DNA of 64,000 bases from contig CANMWZ010000002.1 in NCBI GenBank assembly GCA_947501605.1, positions 192,001 through 256,000 on the forward strand, given 5' to 3'. The notes under the pieces are model-generated. The model saw only the letters and a program-made list of their open reading frames with translations, did no database searches and had not been told where the DNA came from. Both the position numbers and the translations under genes were made by a program. Shown here piece by piece: positions 61,088 to 64,000 of this stretch (position 1 is its first letter; every line of letters starts with the position of its first letter). The stretch is from Planctomycetota bacterium (lineage in GTDB: Bacteria; Planctomycetota; UBA1135; UBA2386).

Positions 61088-62533
61088 ATGGTCACGCTCA
61101 GCGAACAGATGATCCCGCGCCGCAAGCTGCTCCTCATGGTCGCGGAGTGCGTGCTGTTCACCGGGATCTTGTTTTTCGGCTCGAGCCTGCAGCCACTCGC
61201 TTCCCGGCCGCTGTCCGATGTGCCGCTGACCCCGGATCTGCTGCGCGGACTCCTGACCAGCCTGACCGTCGCCATCATCTGCCAGACGTCGCTCTCGTAC
61301 AACGACCTCTACGACTGGCGCACGGCGCAGAACCGCGCCGAGTTGCCAAACCGCCTGCTGCACGCCTGCGGCTACTCCCTCGTGATGCTGGCAGCGCTGG
61401 TGCTGCTCCTGCCGCGACTGTTCTACTTCCCGAGCCTCGACGTCAGCGGACAGACCTGGAAGCTCATCCTGCTGCTCAGCGTTTCGTTCCTCGCAGTCTG
61501 GGGCTTCCGCCACGCGTTCCACTGGTTCTTCTACAAGTGGCGCTTTGGCGAACGGGTGCTCGTGCTTGGTGCCGCCCAAGAGGCGCAGGACCTGGCGCGG
61601 ATGATCTCGACCAACCCGCTGGCTGGATACGAGCTGATGGGCCTCGTGCAGGAGACGGACGATCCTGTGCTGCCCTTCGATGCGGCGGTGCCGGTGCACC
61701 AGCGAATCGTCGGTTCTCTGGGCCAACTGCGCGAACTCTGCGACCAAGAGGGCATCGCGCGCGTGGTCGTCTCGCTGCGCGAGCGTCGCGGCCGCGTGCC
61801 GATCGAACAGTTGCTGGAATGCCGCATGGCTGGCATCACCGTCGAAGAGCGCGAGACGATGTACGAGCGCCTCACGGGCAAGCTCGCGGTCGAGAGCATG
61901 CGGCCGAGCTATCTGATCTTCGGCTCAGGCTTCGCTCGCGATCCGCTGACGCTGGCGCTGAAGCGTCTCCTGGACATCGGCGCCTCGTTCACGGGGCTGC
62001 TACTTTCGTTGCCGCTCGCGCTGTTCGCAGCGCTGGTGATCAAGATCTCCAGCAAGGGCCCGATCTTCTTCACGCAAGAACGCGTCGGTCAGGACGGCGA
62101 GGTGTTCCGGTTGATGAAGTTCCGCACCATGCGCGTGGACGCGGAGAAGGACTCGGGCCCGGTGTGGGCCAAGAAGAACGACTCGCGCGTGACCATCGTC
62201 GGACGTTTCCTGCGCCTCACGCGCATCGACGAGATCCCGCAGTTCCTCAACATTCTGACCGGCAAGATGTCGTTCGTGGGACCTCGGCCCGAGCGGCCCC
62301 ACTTCGTCGAGCAACTGACCAAGTCGCTGCCGTTCTACCCGCTGCGGCACACGGTCAAGCCAGGACTCACGGGCTGGGCCCAGGTTTGCCACTCGTACGG
62401 GGCCTCGGTCGAGGACGCGACCGAGAAGCTGCGCTACGACCTGTACTACATCAAGAACGTCAGCATGATGTTCGACATCAACATCATCCTGCGGACGATC
62501 GGCGTCATCCTGCTCGGCAAGGGCGCCCGCTGA
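61088..62533 (+). CDS. Polyprenyl-phosphate sugar phosphotransferase (WcaJ-like priming glycosyltransferase)
   Basis: N-terminal TM helices, KRLLDI, KFRTM, IDEIPQF.N, MSFVGPRPERP, KPGLTGWAQV, DLYYIKN. Confidence 0.93.
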   Translation: MVTLSEQMIPRRKLLLMVAECVLFTGILFFGSSLQPLASRPLSDVPLTPDLLRGLLTSLTVAIICQTSLSYNDLYDWRTAQNRAELPNRLLHACGYSLVMLAALVLLLPRLFYFPSLDVSGQTWKLILLLSVSFLAVWGFRHAFHWFFYKWRFGERVLVLGAAQEAQDLARMISTNPLAGYELMGLVQETDDPVLPFDAAVPVHQRIVGSLGQLRELCDQEGIARVVVSLRERRGRVPIEQLLECRMAGITVEERETMYERLTGKLAVESMRPSYLIFGSGFARDPLTLALKRLLDIGASFTGLLLSLPLALFAALVIKISSKGPIFFTQERVGQDGEVFRLMKFRTMRVDAEKDSGPVWAKKNDSRVTIVGRFLRLTRIDEIPQFLNILTGKMSFVGPRPERPHFVEQLTKSLPFYPLRHTVKPGLTGWAQVCHSYGASVEDATEKLRYDLYYIKNVSMMFDINIILRTIGVILLGKGAR

Positions 62534-62605
62534 CCGCGCACCCAGCCCTTGGGCTCCGGCACCGCGCCGTGGAGCCCGCTCGCGCTCCCGCATAGCCTCA
62601 CCACC

Positions 62606-64000
62606 ATGACCTACCGCATCCTCGTCGCCGATGATCTCGCTGAAGACGGCCTCGCGATTCTCCGTACCGCCGGCGAAGTCACGCTGCAAAAGGGCATGAA
62701 CGAGGATGCTCTGCGACAGAAGCTGCCGGGCTTCCATGCGCTGGTCGTGCGTTCGGCGACGCAGGTCACCGCCCGCTCGCTCGAACTCGCCGACGAACTG
62801 GCGCTGATCGGCCGCGCTGGCATCGGCGTCGACAACATCGATGTGCCAGCAGCTACCGAGCGCGGCATCGTCGTGATGAACACGCCCGAAGCGGGCGCCG
62901 TCACGACCGGCGAGCACGCCCTCGCGCTGATGCTGTCGATGGCCCGCATGATCCCGCAGGCCGATGCGTCGGTCCGCGCTGGCAAGTGGGAGAAGAGCAA
63001 GTTCACCGGCGTCGAGATCACCGGCAAGCAACTCGGCATCCTTGGCCTCGGCCGCATCGGCCGCGTCGTCGCCGAACGCGCCCGGGGGCTAGGGATGCTG
63101 GTCACTGCCTACGACCCCTTCGTCACCGCTGCGACCGCACCCCAAGGCGTGCGCATGCTCGAACTCGACCAGTTGCTGCAGACGTCCGACTTCCTCTCGG
63201 TCCACATGCCGCTGGCCGACGAGACCCGCGGCTTTCTGTCCAAAGCGCTGTTCGCCAAGATCAAGAAGGGCGCCCGGCTCGTGCACGCGGCCCGCGGCGG
63301 CATCGTCGACGAGGTCGCGTTGTGCGAAGCCCTGCAATCGGGCCAGCTCGCTGGCGCCGCCGTCGACGTGTTCGAGCAGGAACCACTCCTGCCAGACAGC
63401 CCCCTGCGCGCGGCCCCCAACCTGATCCTGACCCCGCACCTCGGCGCCAGCACCCACGAGGCCAAACACAACGTCTCGATCGAGATGGCCAAGCAAGTTG
63501 CACTCTGCTTGCAGAAGGGCATCGCTCTGAACGGCGTCAACGTCCCGCGCATTGCACCGAGCGACGCCGCGCAGGTGGGCCCCTATCTCGCCCTGGTGCA
63601 GCACCTCGCGAGCTTCTTGGTGCAGACGTTCCCCGGCTCGCTGCGTTCGCTGCGACTCACGGTCCAGGGCTCGATCGCCGAATCGGCGGTGCGGCCGCTG
63701 CGCGCCGCCATGATGGTCGGCGCCCTCAAGCCAACCACCGCCGGCGCCGTCACTCCGGTCAATGCCGATCGCATTGCCAAAGACCGCAACCTCGTGGTGA
63801 TCCACGAGTCCAGCACCATGAAGCGCGACTTCATGAACCTATGCCGCGTCGAAGCCCTGATCGACGACGAGCGCCACTTCGTCACGGGCACGGTACTGGG
63901 CCACCGTCATGGTCGACTCGTCGAACTCGACGACTATGTGCTCGACGCGATCCCCGAAGCACCGCTGCTCGTCACCTTTCACCGCGACCAGCCTGGCGTC
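62606..64000 (+). CDS. serA: D-3-phosphoglycerate dehydrogenase (3' end outside the window)
   Basis: Translated by hand, as it is absent from the ORF track: MTYRILVADD, VRSATQV, GRAGIGVDNID, GLGRIG, ARGGIVDE, DVFEQEP, TPHLGAST. Confidence 0.95.
   Translation, partial: MTYRILVADDLAEDGLAILRTAGEVTLQKGMNEDALRQKLPGFHALVVRSATQVTARSLELADELALIGRAGIGVDNIDVPAATERGIVVMNTPEAGAVTTGEHALALMLSMARMIPQADASVRAGKWEKSKFTGVEITGKQLGILGLGRIGRVVAERARGLGMLVTAYDPFVTAATAPQGVRMLELDQLLQTSDFLSVHMPLADETRGFLSKALFAKIKKGARLVHAARGGIVDEVALCEALQSGQLAGAAVDVFEQEPLLPDSPLRAAPNLILTPHLGASTHEAKHNVSIEMAKQVALCLQKGIALNGVNVPRIAPSDAAQVGPYLALVQHLASFLVQTFPGSLRSLRLTVQGSIAESAVRPLRAAMMVGALKPTTAGAVTPVNADRIAKDRNLVVIHESSTMKRDFMNLCRVEALIDDERHFVTGTVLGHRHGRLVELDDYVLDAIPEAPLLVTFHRDQPGV

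Overview
High-GC bacterial chromosomal segment, most likely Planctomycetota. This is inferred from LPS genes (lpxA, waaA, gmhB), an orphan prepilin-type protein, TPR/FHA and HEAT proteins, and secreted proteins with A-x-A-Q-type signal peptides. About 55 CDS are present, mostly core genes: rplM-rpsI-yebC, pyk, metK, waaA, secA, pyrD, lspA, a DksA/TraR family gene, xerD, lpxA, uvrBC, ribD, miaB, HU, mnmA, yajC and a partial serA. There is also a nucleoside/pentose catabolic cluster (two ALDHs, pdp, a sugar ABC transporter) interrupted by a two-gene opposite-strand cassette with a sigma54-type promoter, and a secreted glycan-hydrolase cluster. I recognised no rRNA, tRNA, CRISPR array, transposase or prophage. 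The best candidate for an undescribed system is an 89-aa signal-peptide ORF ending in LPPSRAP directly upstream of secA, a SecM-like ribosome-arrest or secretion-monitor candidate that is translationally coupled to a response regulator with an unknown N-terminal domain. Other leads are a 30-aa membrane peptide with an ECF-type promoter, a GGDEF pseudoenzyme (TTTTF, intact I-site) next to a TPR-FHA protein, a dispersed 14-15 bp tandem-repeat family, and several apparently leaderless genes. Start codons were refined by eye, and no database searches were run.
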